Assembly: GCA_002269645.1 (NCBI GenBank)
Contig: NIVC01001309.1
Span: forward strand, 131,106-195,105
Direction: 5' to 3'
Length of the DNA stretch: 64,000 nucleotides
Origin: Macrostomum lignano
Lineage: Eukaryota
Below the pieces are notes generated by a model that did not search any database, had not been told where the DNA came from, and saw nothing but the letters and a program-made list of their open reading frames with translations. Positions 1 to 11,682 of the stretch are shown in pieces. The position numbers and the translations under genes were made by a program. Within the stretch, counting starts at the first letter, position 1, and the number at the start of each line of letters is the position of its first letter.

Positions 1-2617
1 TGCAAATAGCTTCCGCCAATGGCTTTTCGATTTCTGTTTCAGCGTTTAGAAACCGTATGAGCGTCGTGTTATAAATTGTTTTCCGTGTTACTGTCAAGAT
101 TAGCCAATGTGCAACCGCGATTGCTACATGTACATGTAGCTGAGGCCTCCGTCCTCTGTGTTCCTCCGGCTCTATGCGCTTGCGTTGTCTATAAATTTAA
201 CTGCTTCGTGATTTCGGTGTTTCTTGCTTTATTTCTAAAGCAGGGAAATGCATTCCCATAATTCTCCAATTTCATTGGCCCCCTACCATCCCCGCATATC
301 CATGTTCGTCCAATTAGCGCGCACAAATTATAAACCACGGAGGAATAGTTTTCATTCTTAATTTTTGTTCAGAACATTCAGAGTACAGGTCGAGTTCATA
401 GTTTTTAGCTCAGAGTAATTTTCAGAGATATTTTCTCAGAAATATAAGCCATGATTCTACTTCACATCTACGAGTACCATAAAAGTCTGATTTGAACGAA
501 AACTGATGATTATTAGTGTCCCAGAAAAATCCCAGTACATTTTCTCATCATGTAAGCAACAATAACTATATGCGCATCAGAAACTAATTTTAAGTATTTA
601 CATGTAAGCTAGGAACATACATGTACATGTACACTAAATTCAGCAGCTACATGTACCTCCTCCCCCCTACATCGCGCAGGCACGCGGCACAAAATATTAA
701 ACGCTTGTTTCGTGGGTGGGAACCAAGAGCACAAAAGTATAACCATGCACCTTGCAGCCGGTTGATGAACTGTCTGCTCTTGGGGCAGCTGCTGTCAGGC
801 ATTCAAAACAGTCTGTCGCATCTACTGAACTCTTCGAACGCTTTACGAAGCTTTACGAAGTATTTGGAAACTGTGATAGCCACCAGTTCTGCAATGCGTT
901 GTCTTGAAGAATGCACGCAGTTTTGCAGGCCGTTTAAGGTTGCCATAGTGTGAGCGCTGAACCTTATATTATTGCCGCATGACTTAAAGATTTGTCTATG
1001 CGGTTTCCTTTTGGTACTGTACAGCTAACAACCGGGACCGGCATGTACTCGTAGAAATAGAAAACCCCTGAAATTCAAGCCCTCGACTCCCAAGCTAAAT
1101 GCTGTTTTGTAAGTCTGCGACCAGAAAACCAACAATAGCAAATACGGACTAGCAGAAACTGCTATCTGTAACGGTCTGCATGCCTATTCGGCTATTCCCC
1201 GATATCGCGCACTCTTTGTCTTTGTCTCTTCGTCTGAAGGCGGCATGCGGACTTCTCACATTTCTAAATAACCGATGACATTACAAAAAAAACTTTTGGG
1301 CCATGGGCGGCGCGAGTTACATGTAAGAGGGTTTACATGTGGTTGCGGCCTACGTAACGTAACGGCCTACTATCTGATGAGTACACATGTACGAGCTACA
1401 CTCCAAAAGAACTAAAATTAAAGTAGCTATTGTCAATTGAATAGCAGTTCGTTGCTCCATTCACCAATCTAGTTCGATTATTCAAAAGTAGGCGATCCGC
1501 TGAATGAAGCGTGATGAGCCTCAGCCAGATGCTTTCAGTTTACACATTTTCAGAATTCAGCCAGAAGCCAGATAATAAGTACTTTTGCAGAGACATTTGA
1601 TGATGAGGTAGACCCGCTTACTCCACGTCTTCTGAAGTCCCTTAGATCGGCCATGGTTAGAGCAGATGTGCCCGTAACAGGCTGGGAGTCCCGGCTCACT
1701 AGCAGGAGACCAGAATTCCCCCATTGGGTTTACTTTTGTGCACGACTGTTGGCGGCCGCGCCTTTGGTGTATCCGTCGAACACCCTGGGCTTTCTCGGAA
1801 TGCGGGGATTAACGTGATAGGCTGGAGTGGGACTCGGCTGATCCGGGGAGGAGAGACCAACTTTGAGCGAGATCATGGACAGAAGAAATAATGAGCGATC
1901 TAAGGTGGACTACTTAGCCCCCAAAATGGCATAGAACTGCTCCCTTTAAACCTCCCTCGGATTAAATAAGCAAAACGAAATAGACAAAAAAATTCAACGA
2001 AATAAATGCGCCATCGAATGCTATTAAAGTCAATGCGCAGCATATTTTATTTGACCAAAAATACAACTTAGCAAACAAGCAAGCAAGTAACTGGCGCAGG
2101 AAAAATAGGGTTGAAATCCAATACGTGGTCCAGGATAGCCCCGGACAATCCCAAAAGTTCATGTGAACCATAAAAGAAGCGCCATGTCAAAAAAGGTCAA
2201 ATTGCTGAGATCATAGAAGAATTGCTTAAATGCTGTGTGCCTCATAAGAAAGGCGTTGCTGAGAAGATTTCAAGGGCGAATTGGGAGATGTTGGTAGGCC
2301 AAGTATATCAGAGAGTTAGGGTTAAGCCATAGTTTAAAGGACGACTTTGGTATAAAGGCTCACATAGGATTTTGATATCTTATGCTAGATAACAGGCTTT
2401 CAGGGGGATGCTTTTTTGCTGAAAACATAATGTATGTGCTGTGTATAATATAGTATGATAAACTATTAAATGAAATATAGATTATATCCCAGCACATCTA
2501 TTAGATTCATCTATTTCATTCTGCAACCTGGCTTTATCACTCCGACTTTTTCATTAGCTGTCTCCTGCAAATCTAGTAGAGTATATCGCATCAAAATAAT
2601 TATAAAGGGCACATTGT

Positions 2618-4016
2618 CTATTCTGGATGGCGCATAACTATACGAAATCCTTTCTGCTGCGAATCGCCATTATGGTACACAACGACGCAGCTGCTGCCAG
2701 ACTGCTTGCTGATAGTGTCTTTGGCAGGACCAATTGCAGCAGCACTTGTTGAAGCAGGACCGGTAGCACCAGGACTGTTATTGCTGTTTCGGCGAATTCC
2801 AGCAGCAGCAACGAAATTGAGTTCGCGCCGACTTTCCAGTAAGCGCTGCAGCGGCTCCTTTCGAAGGAGGTTAACAGGCACCCCCTTCGGTACATCGACA
2901 GGCCAGTTAATCCATTGGCCAGCATCGCTGTCGCAGGTACGATATTTCCCTTTGCCTTTGCCCTGCCCTGTAAAAAAGAGAATGTGATCGAGTGAGTCAA
3001 AAGTTTAAAGGGAGCATGATCAGAAGAGTTTCAAATTCCTTTACGATATTTTTTCCTTAGCATCGCCGAAACTTGCTTTCGCAAATTAGGAACGCAATCG
3101 TTAACTTCGCTAGGCACAGAAGCTCTTTTAGCCATTATCTACAATACAGTATCAGAGAAGCACCAAGTATTTTATTAATGCGCAATTCTTATTGTTAATA
3201 ACATAAATCGTTTGACATAGGTTGCACACAAAAATATAACTAACATCGGCAATCCCCGACTCAGCAACAATACCAGCTTCTTCGCTGGTTTCAAAGCTTC
3301 TAAAAGGCTGACCATCCAAAAAGCTAACTACCGCACACGCCCTGCCGCCGCAATCTTCCAGTAATTCAAACTAAAAGGTCAAATGTTAAAAAAGAAGGAT
3401 AACAAGAATCTGCGATTCAATAATCAACAGACAACAGACAAATTGAAATTACTTACATTCTTTCTAATACCTCGTAAAGCTTTTTTTCGTTTCTCGTCTA
3501 TAGTCAGAGGCGTACAAAATTTTTTTCTTTCCTCGCTACTTAAAGCTTTATAATCTTGCGACGCGGTTGCCATTTTATCTGAAATTTGTTTCAGAAAGTC
3601 TCCAGTATTTAAAGTACAAATATTACACATTATTGAACACATACGCGCTCGTACAAGCGCGCCAATACTTTACACAAACATGTACCCATACACACGCTCA
3701 CACAGAGTGTACAGCGGTCATGAATTTCTGATTGTCAGGAATGCACACTGCGTCTTAGGGAATCGCACTAATGGGTGTGAATCGCAGGACAACCCTCCCA
3801 GCCAATTTTTGGGTATAAGCGTCCACATTATGTGGCATGCAGACTGGAACCTGAGGTTCTACTGCAGCATTTGCCATTAACCTGCTCTGGCCCCTTTTGT
3901 CTGCCAAGTAAGCAAGAAACATACAAATATTTAAAATTACCTTTAAAATTTCCACTTCCCTTCAATTCTACAGACACTTTACCAGACCAGGCAGACCGAA
4001 GCATTTGCTTTTGCAT
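2618..4016 (-). CDS. Spliced gene for a 241-aa uncharacterised protein with an HMG-box-like N-terminus; exons 4016-3983, 3578-3457, 3370-3245, 3138-3045, 2967-2618
   Basis: Four GT-AG introns with matching phases join 726 nt into one open frame (MQKQMLRSAWSDKMATASQDYKALSSEERKKF...LRKKYRQGKGKGKYRTCDSDAGQWINWPVDVP...MRHPE*). The first exon is the least certain. The HMG-like call rests on ASQDYKALSSEERKKF resembling HMG helix 3. Confidence 0.65.
3650..3893 (-). mobile_element. Degenerate tRNA-derived SINE in intron 1 of the HMG-like gene
   Basis: tRNA-like head (GGGGCCAGAGCAGG...AGGTTCCAGTC); body resembles the SINE copies at 13910 and 22835 (CCGCTGTACACTCTGTGTG). Confidence 0.4.
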
Positions 4017-4764
4017 GAATTAAAACGAAAAATTGATATAAGAAATAAATTAAAATTGGCTTATTGTATTAAATCTTTTTGATTATAAAAAAGCCATTTT
4101 CAACTGAAGCATTGCCACATGACATTACCAATATCATTTGATGACAAAATGTCAAAATTAAGCTTGTTGGTTAATGCTCTTTGTGTTATTATTCTTAACA
4201 ATAAAGTAATTTTGAATCTAAATAATATACAGGATTTCTATGTTCTTAGGGAAATTGACTTTATGTTATGTTCGACAGTCCTCAAACAAGGATGAGCTCA
4301 TAACATAAAACATATGTTATGTTTTATGTTATGTTTGACTTCGTTATGTTCCAACGAAGAGCACCCAGCGTCTTCTGGATGCTGGGGTGGCCTTCAAGAA
4401 AGTGCGGGCCTTATGTTCCAAAGTGTAAACATCTTACACCTAGCCTATTATCTAGCTAGTTAAAGCCTAGGCACTAGTCTAGATAAATTATCATATTGAT
4501 CCTTGTAAATATTGAGAAGATAAGAGGCAAAGACAACAAAATATAAATACATAAATAAAGAACTATGATAAAAAGGAGAAAAAAATATAAATGGCTATGG
4601 GATGCTTCAATTAAGAGATTGTTTGGTTAAAATTATCTAAAGCACACAGTAACTTTGGCAAGAATAAATTGTGACAAAAAACAAGGTGGATAAAACAGAG
4701 TGGGATATAAAACAAATGCAATAACAAGTTAAGGTGGAAGTAGTGGATTATTTACTCTGGTCTC

Positions 4765-5800
4765 ACTCTGGATCACAGGCTTAACTGGACTCCACACATT
4801 CAAACTAAAGCCAAAAAAGCCCTGGCTGTCCTGGCTCAGATCAGACACGCCGTGGGCACCACCTGGGGGCTGACCCCCAGGAAGCTGTGGTGGATTTACA
4901 CTGCCATCATCCGCCCCTCGATCAGTTACGCAGGCTCGTGTGGGCTAGCGGCCTGAGCGTCAAGAGCAACCTCGACGCTCTTTACAAAATCCAGGGCAGA
5001 GCCTGCCGCATGACTATGGGCGCTCCACTCTCTACTCCTTTTGAAACATACATGCGCAACTGCTGGCCGACCTGGCCGATCTGGCCACCGTAAATTGTGG
5101 TGGACCAGGGGTAAGTCGCAAAAATGCCCACCCCAGAGACTACAGACGTAGTACTAATTAGATGACGAGGCATTTAGCCCTTTTAAGACAGTCATAGTTA
5201 CTCCTGCCGTTTACCCAAAATTACGTTAAGGTTGCTCTAGGGTTTCTTTCACTCTTTCTTTCTAGCATTTCTGGTCAAAAAGTAAGTCGCATGGCCAGTG
5301 TAAATCAGGGGGGTTGCGCATGTATGTTTTGAAATCATGAATGCCTTCCTCTGTGCCCCTCCTCTGGATATCTATATCAAAGGAGAGGCAGCGAAGAGCA
5401 CCCAGCGTCTTCTGGATGCTGGGGTGGCCTTCAAGAAAGTGCGGGCCTTTAAGAAGCGGTCGCTTATCCCGCACTCTGACCTCTGCCTCAAGGCTCTCGA
5501 GGAGTGGCAGGCTCAACATCCTCACAGACTCGATCCCAGCCGCCCTTCTCCTGAGCCAAAGGTATAAGGTCACTATTCAGCCTCGACACGAGGCAAATGA
5601 CAGCTGGAGCGGTCGGAAATTTATTTTTCACTCTGACAGCCAAGCAGCCCTTCTGGCCCTCTGCCGCAGCACCATTAGCTCCAGGTCCGTCCTGGACTGC
5701 AACACCCAGCTCAACGGGCTTGCGCTAGGCAACCAGGTGGAGCTCAGATGAATCCCGGGCCACGCCAGTTTCCTCGGCAATGAGCGCAAGCCTGCTGGGG
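4765..5800 (+). mobile_element. Non-LTR retrotransposon fragment (RT thumb plus RNase H; I/R1/LOA-like), decayed and interrupted by a MITE
   Basis: Translates LDHRLNWTPHI...WGLTPRKLWWIYTAIIRPSISY, LYKIQGRACRMTMGAPLSTPFE|IMNAFL, then RNase H motifs HSDSQAALLAL and *IPGHASFLGNE. Frameshifts and deletions are present. Confidence 0.85.
5047..5326. mobile_element. 280-bp MITE with 14-bp TIR CATACATGCGCAAC and 8-bp TSD TTTTGAAA
   Basis: Perfect TIRs; TSD at 5039-5046 and 5327-5334. Removing the element restores the LINE frame TPFE-IMN. Confidence 0.92.
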
Positions 5801-6112
5801 CCGGGCCTGGGGTCCCCCATCCCTGCCTCGGTGATCCACTGCCAGGCTCACTCACCTCGGGCCGAACCCGGTTCTCTCCAACGTTTCCAGGCCCAAGAGC
5901 ATCCCGCTGTTGCCCAGTACCTCAGTGACACAGGATGAGCTGATTTCTTCCCCACTGCCAGTGAGGAGGACTGTGCTGCAGGCGAGACTGACGGGTCCCC
6001 CTGAGCGACATCACTTTATTGGAAGTCTGGTCAATAGGGGCTAGCGGAATGGGCAGTCTCTCCGCCTCCTCGATGCATCTGCCTGCCGCCTCTTACAGCT
6101 AAGTCAAGTAAG

Positions 6113-7590
6113 TCAAGGGGGGGATGGAGGGTATAGGGAGGGCATGGAGGGTATAGGGAGGGCATGGAGGGTATAGGGAGGGCATGGAGGGCATAGGGAG
6201 GGCATGGGGAGGGCATAGAAAGTATAAAGAAAGTATAAGGAAGTCATTGAAGGTTTAAGGAGAGCATGGAGGGTATAGACAGTACGGGGAGGGTATAGGG
6301 AGGGCAACGGCGTGGAAGGTATAAAGAGAGTATAGAGAGGGCATGGAGAGTATAAGAAAAGTATAAGGAGGGCATAGAAGGTTTAAGGAGAGCATGGAAG
6401 GTATAGGGAGGGCATGGAGGGTATAGAGAGGGCATAAAAGGTTAAAGGCAAGCATGGAGGGTATAGGGAGGGCACGGAGGGTATGGAGAATATAGAGAGG
6501 GCATGGAGGGTATAGGGAGGGCATGGAGGGTATAGGGAGGGCATGGAGAGTATAAGAAAAGTATAAGGAAGGCATTGAAGGTTTAAGGAGAGCATGGAGG
6601 GTATAGAGAGGGCATAAAAGGTTCAGGCAAGCATGGAGGGTATAGGGAGGGCAGGGAGGGTATAGAGAGGGCATGGAGGGTATAGGGAGGTTATGGATGG
6701 TATGGAGGGTATAGGGAGGGCAAGGAGGGTATGGAGAGTATAGGGAAGGCACTGAGGTTATAGGGAGATTATGGAGGGTATAAGGAGGGTATAAAGAGGG
6801 CATGGAGGGTATAGGGAGGGTATAGGGAGGGCAAGGAGAGTATAAGGAGAGCATGGAGGGTATAGGGAGGGCATGGAGGGTATAGGGAGGTTATGGAGGG
6901 TATAGGGAGGGTATAGGGAGGGCAAGAGGGTATGGAGAGTATAGGGAGCGCATGGAGGGTATAGGGAGGGCATGGAGGGTATAGGGAGAGCATGGAGGGT
7001 ATAGGGAGGGTATAGGGAGGGCAAGGAGGGTATAAGGAGAGCATGGAGGGTATAGGAAGGGCATGGAGGGTATAGGGAGGTTATGGAGGGTATAGGGAGG
7101 GTATAGGGAGGGCAAGAGGGTATGGAGAGTATAGGGAGCGCATAGAGGGTATAGGGAGGGCATGGAGGGTATAGGGAGAGCATGGAGGGTATAGGGAGGG
7201 TATAGGGAGGGCAAGGAGGGTATGGAGAGTATAGGGAGGGCATGGAGGGTATAGAGAGGGCATGGAGGGTATAGGGAGGTTATGGAGGGTATAGGGAGGG
7301 TATAGGAGGGCAAGAGGGTATGGAGAGTATAGGGAGCGCATAGAGGGTATAGGGAGGGCATGGAGGGTATAGGGAGAGCATGGAGGGTATAGGGAGGGTA
7401 TAGGGAGGGCAAGGAGGGTATGGAGAGTATAGGGAGGGCATGGAGGGTATAGAGAGGGCATGGAGGGTATAGGGAGGTTATGGAGGGTATAGGGAGGGTA
7501 TAGGGAGGGCAAGAGGGTATGGAGAGTATAGGGAGCGCATAGAGGGTATAGGGAGGGCATGGAGGGTATAGGGAGAGCATGGAGGGTAGT
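6113..7590. repeat. G-rich minisatellite, about 20-bp unit ATGGAGGGTATAGGGAGGGC
   Basis: About 1.5 kb of direct repeats with higher-order repetition; the ORFs here are repeat artefacts. Confidence 0.95.
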
Positions 7591-7964
7591 AACATTTTAT
7601 ATCAATAGTTAAAATAGATTTAGATAAAATTATTTTTTTCTAGAAAATAGAAATCAAGATACAAAACATTTTACTAAGCCAAGGCCAAGATAATTTAAGG
7701 GCAAAAAGCAAAAATTTCAATAAAAAAATTTTTGTCAACATGTCCTATTTTATAGGTCTAGTAGGCCTAACTTTTTCTTTAATGCTAGAACCAAAAATTG
7801 TTCTTTAAAAAAGCCTTTTTTATTGGATATATTTTAAATATCATAATTTTATTAATATTAAGGCCAAAGGGGCTAAGTATAGTTACTTTTATTTTAAAAG
7901 ATATTTTAGTTAGGCCTAATTATCAATTATTATCCTTGGCTATAGTCATGGCCAGGCCATACCA

Positions 7965-8325
7965 TATATATGCGCAACTGCTAGCTGATCTGGCTGATTT
8001 GGCCACCCTTCTTATTGTGGGCTTGATATTTAAGATGTACGGCATATCTTTGAAAACTTGACTAGAGACTATAAATTATAGTAGACTAGGGATAAGTTGC
8101 AAAAATGCCCATCTGAAACTAAAAGTCAAAAGAAAACAGATATAGTACTAATTAGATGACAAGGCATTTAGCCTTAATAAGACAGTCATAGTTAGGCCGA
8201 CTTTTAGTCATTTACCTAAAAGTGCATTAGTTTCTACTTTAGGGTTCTTTTCATAGGTAAGTTGCAATTTTGGTCAAAAAATAAATTCCATGGCCAGTGT
8301 AAATCAGGGGGGTTGCGCATGTATG
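7965..8325. mobile_element. Diverged copy of the CATACATG MITE family
   Basis: Ends are TATATATGCGCAAC and GTTGCGCATGTATG; internal blocks match 5047-5326; no TSD recovered. Confidence 0.8.
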
Positions 8326-10185
8326 CCTATGCCCATGCCCATGGCCATGGCCATGAATTAAAACAAAAGCTTATTTATTTTGTATACTTCATTGGTTAAT
8401 GTGCTTCTATCATAGACATAGGGTAGGCCTATCAAGTTTGATCTTCTTTATTTTTCTATGGCCATATGGGTGGTTGTGCCTACCTAGGCCTATTAATAAA
8501 TAAATAGAAAAGCAAAGTATCTTAGTCATCTGCACCCACAGTCCACAGACCCATTCTTATTCCTCAATTTTCTGGATCCAAATCTGAATTGAAATCAAGA
8601 CAATAGCCTAGGTCTGGTCTGTGCGGCAGACTGGCAGTAAGCCTAACGATGATGATCTGATCTATTTTATTGATATTCTGACCATCTATCTATCTAGGCT
8701 AGGCCCTATCCATATCTGTATTTGAGGGATCGCAGTCCACGTCAGCCCAATTGAGTGAGTGACCTCCCCTGCAGCTGCAGTTATGATGCTGCTGCTCATG
8801 TTACTAATTTTTAAACCGCAGTAGTAAAATTAAGCATATACAAAATTGCTCTGTTGCAAGAATAATTAATTAACTATGCACAGTACAATTCAACTGTTTT
8901 TTTAAAACTGGATAGACAACAATACTTATTATTTCCAAATAGGCTACAATTTTGCATTTAAACAGCATTACTTTGTTTGTCATTGTGCTAGCAACTCATA
9001 CGACTATCCAGCATGCAGTAAGAGCAAACAGCATGCAGGATATGCATGTTTATCGTACCTAAAATTGTGCTGAATTCGCGTATAAACTGCTGACACGGGT
9101 GGATTTTGAATATTGTAATTTCTTTAGAATTTCTTCGTTTTATATTGTATTTATATTATTTTCCACTCCTGTCCCTCATTCTGTAATTTTAGTAGTATAT
9201 TGGTACATTATCTACTTATTTTGTTATTATTTAGTTTATATTCAAATTGGAAAGAGCGTCGCGCTGGGACGGTTGGACTGTCAACTCGGGCTACTGGGTC
9301 GTGAGTCACAACGTAGCTTAGCGTCTTAACACTTAATAACAGCATTCATTAGCATTAAATTTTAGCATTAGAGCCTTAGGATTATCCAATTCAGTATTCT
9401 ATTTCATTAGATCATTGGCGTTAATAAAAGCGCCCAACTAAGTAGTCACAGTTGCAGTCAGTCGTTCGGGTGCTCGCTTAATATAAGCATATTGAACTTA
9501 ACTACTTAGTCTTAACTTATTATTGCTCACTTCGATTTCAAATCTGATTGCCATACTTGTTATCGACTTTATTATTTTTAGAGAAAATAATTGGCGACCA
9601 CACCTAGTTTTCTATATCCTACTACACAGTACACATACGAGCCCAATATTTTGAAAATTCAAACAAGACTCAAACCAAACCTCTTTCTTTACAGTAAGAC
9701 CGGTCGTTTTTTCTTGTAAAACGCCACAACCGTTAAAATATCGCCTTTTTAATACAAAACAACAAACAAGAATGTTTTTCAATTAAAAATTGCTTTAATT
9801 TGCAGTGCACATGTATACGTACATTCGCTAGTTCTACATGTTACATTTCCTTAGCAGATCACACGCTACTATAAAAAAAAGTAAAGAAAATAAGGTTACA
9901 AGTATGTCACTACTATAACTCGTGTTTATTAGAACGCGGCAATTCCCTTCTACATGTACAGTATATATAGGAAGTAGATATACACAAATAGATATACAGA
10001 TTTACACTTGATTAATATTTTTTGGCTCGCATGTACATGTATGTAATCAGTTGTAAATGATCGTGATCTGATAATAGCCGTATAAACGAAAAAACAAATT
10101 GGTCCAGCTCAGTGCCAGCGCAGGCCGTCTATAGAAAAGAATTGAACGAAAGACAGATGAAAACATCTACATTATTCGTTGTTCT

Positions 10186-11682
10186 TCAAATCTCAGAAAC
10201 CCTTTTTGCAGCCACAGCAGCCACCGCCTCTTTCAGCGCTTCGTCCGATAGCAGCCGCCAGTCGCCGCAGTCCAGCAGCCAACGGCAAGCGGTGATGTGC
10301 CCGACCGACAGAAGCGGCAGCAGCCGCGCCGCCTCCACAGCGTCTGCTGGACAGCGGGCCGTCAGCGCGTCGCTAAACGCCTCCGCCATCGCTGCCGTCT
10401 CCAAGGACGCCTCCAGCGAGTCCCCGCGGAGGTCGGCGTCCCATCCGGTCACCGCGGCCGGGCCCTCTCTGATGCAGCTCGCCGCCGCGCAGTCGTCGCC
10501 GACGTCGAGTCGCGACTGCCAGCCGTCGTCGTCACCCGCGTCGTCGTCGTCGGCGTGGAGGGCACGGAGCTGCCCGGTGCGCCGCAGCCACCGCGCCACG
10601 CGCCAAGCGCCGCTGCGCACAACGTCGGCCGCGTCAACGTTGCAGGCGGCCTCCCGCGGTAGCCGCAGCTCCACCGCTAACAGCGACAGCAGGCGAACCG
10701 CAGCCAGCGAGTCCCACCGAGCCGCTGCCTGCACCGGCGTCCGCCAGCCGCCGTCCGGCATCGTCAGGGCGGCCCGCAGCCCCGACACCGACGCCCTGCC
10801 GTCTCGCAGCAGCCGCAGTAGCCGGGCGACCACCGCCGCAGCCACCGACGGCTCGGCGGCAGCGCAGTAGTGCAGCAGGTTGCGTCCTCCGCTGTCGTAG
10901 TGCCGGTGCGCCTGCGACGGATCCAGCGACAGCAGCCGCTCGGCGAGGTCGGCGTGGCCTCTCAGAACCGACAGCATCAGCGCCGACTGCAGGGCGCCGT
11001 TCCGCAGCTCCGTCATGGGGAGGCGGAGCCGCTCGCTCGGGATGGGGTGCCGCGAGTCGGCTGTTTCCATGGCAACCGGTGCTGATGAGTCTGTTTTCAT
11101 TGCAACCGTGTCTGTTGTTGGTGCTGTTTCCATGGCAACCGGCTCTGCTGAGGCTGTTTCCATAGCAACCGGTTCTGCTGAGGCTGTTTCCATTGCAACC
11201 GGTTCTTCTGTTGGTGCTGTTTCCTTAGCTACCCGATCTGTTGGCGTCGTTTCATTAATAGCATTCGAAGCCGGATCTGTTGTTGCTGTTTTCGTGGCAA
11301 CCAAATGATGTGTTGATTCTGTTTTCATGGCAATTGGCTGTGTTGTTGCTGTTTCCTCAGCAACCGGATTTCTTACAAAAGTTTCCATGGCAACGAAGCC
11401 TTTAGACATTGTTTCCCCTGCAACTGGGACTGTTGAAATGGAATTCACGGGGGCAGCTTCCATTTGAAGTGACACAAATCGTTTAGACTTGAGACGTGGC
11501 GTAGCATTTGATGCGCTCGAAGACTTTCTCTTCGATCTGATTGCATTGTTGCTTTGCTGCTGTTGCTGAAAGTCAAAAGCTTTCGAAGCACCTTCGGTGG
11601 TTAGTCGATGCTGAATCCTCAGTGCTTGAGTTTTCTTCAACTCTGCAACGTCGTCGATGACCTTGCGTACTCCGACTCCCAT
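10186..11682 (-). CDS. Ankyrin-repeat protein (498 aa) with a PVAMET-type tandem repeat linker
   Basis: Single ORF. Ankyrin-like units SALMLSVLRGHADLAERLL, GGRNLLHYCA and GWRTPVQAAARWDSLAAVRLL. Its GC-rich coding character is also seen in the paralogous fragment at 17.2 kb. Confidence 0.75.
   Translation of the reverse strand: MGVGVRKVIDDVAELKKTQALRIQHRLTTEGASKAFDFQQQQQSNNAIRSKRKSSSASNATPRLKSKRFVSLQMEAAPVNSISTVPVAGETMSKGFVAMETFVRNPVAEETATTQPIAMKTESTHHLVATKTATTDPASNAINETTPTDRVAKETAPTEEPVAMETASAEPVAMETASAEPVAMETAPTTDTVAMKTDSSAPVAMETADSRHPIPSERLRLPMTELRNGALQSALMLSVLRGHADLAERLLSLDPSQAHRHYDSGGRNLLHYCAAAEPSVAAAVVARLLRLLRDGRASVSGLRAALTMPDGGWRTPVQAAARWDSLAAVRLLSLLAVELRLPREAACNVDAADVVRSGAWRVARWLRRTGQLRALHADDDDAGDDDGWQSRLDVGDDCAAASCIREGPAAVTGWDADLRGDSLEASLETAAMAEAFSDALTARCPADAVEAARLLPLLSVGHITACRWLLDCGDWRLLSDEALKEAVAAVAAKRVSEI
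11063..11424. promoter_or_regulatory. Array of 12 X-box-like (RFX) 14-mers inside the ankyrin-gene exon
   Basis: GTTTCCATGGCAAC at 11063, 11126 and 11381; GTTTCCATAGCAAC at 11156; variants at 11093, 11186, 11219, 11249, 11288, 11321, 11351 and 11411. The motif match is direct; function is untested. Confidence 0.5.

Noticed and set aside
120-1400. Recurrent TACATGTA palindromes (also near 9800-10040 and 49470-49760)
   Set aside because: Dispersed low-complexity motif with no consistent spacing or boundaries.
1374-1425. Possible hammerhead ribozyme (CTGATGA-GTAC-ACAT-GTAC)
   Set aside because: The conserved GAAA is replaced by GAGC, and stems I and III do not pair convincingly.
6244-7595. Long Pro/Ser/Leu-rich ORFs (also 12232-12894, 24978-25844, 26083-27188, 27528-28013, 29362-30139, 42318-42824, 57281-58228)
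   Set aside because: Open frames arise from stop-free repeat units; several lie inside defined introns.
9090-9602. Possible LTR followed by PBS-like TGGCGACCA
   Set aside because: No terminal CA, no second LTR, no TSD and no adjacent gag/pol.
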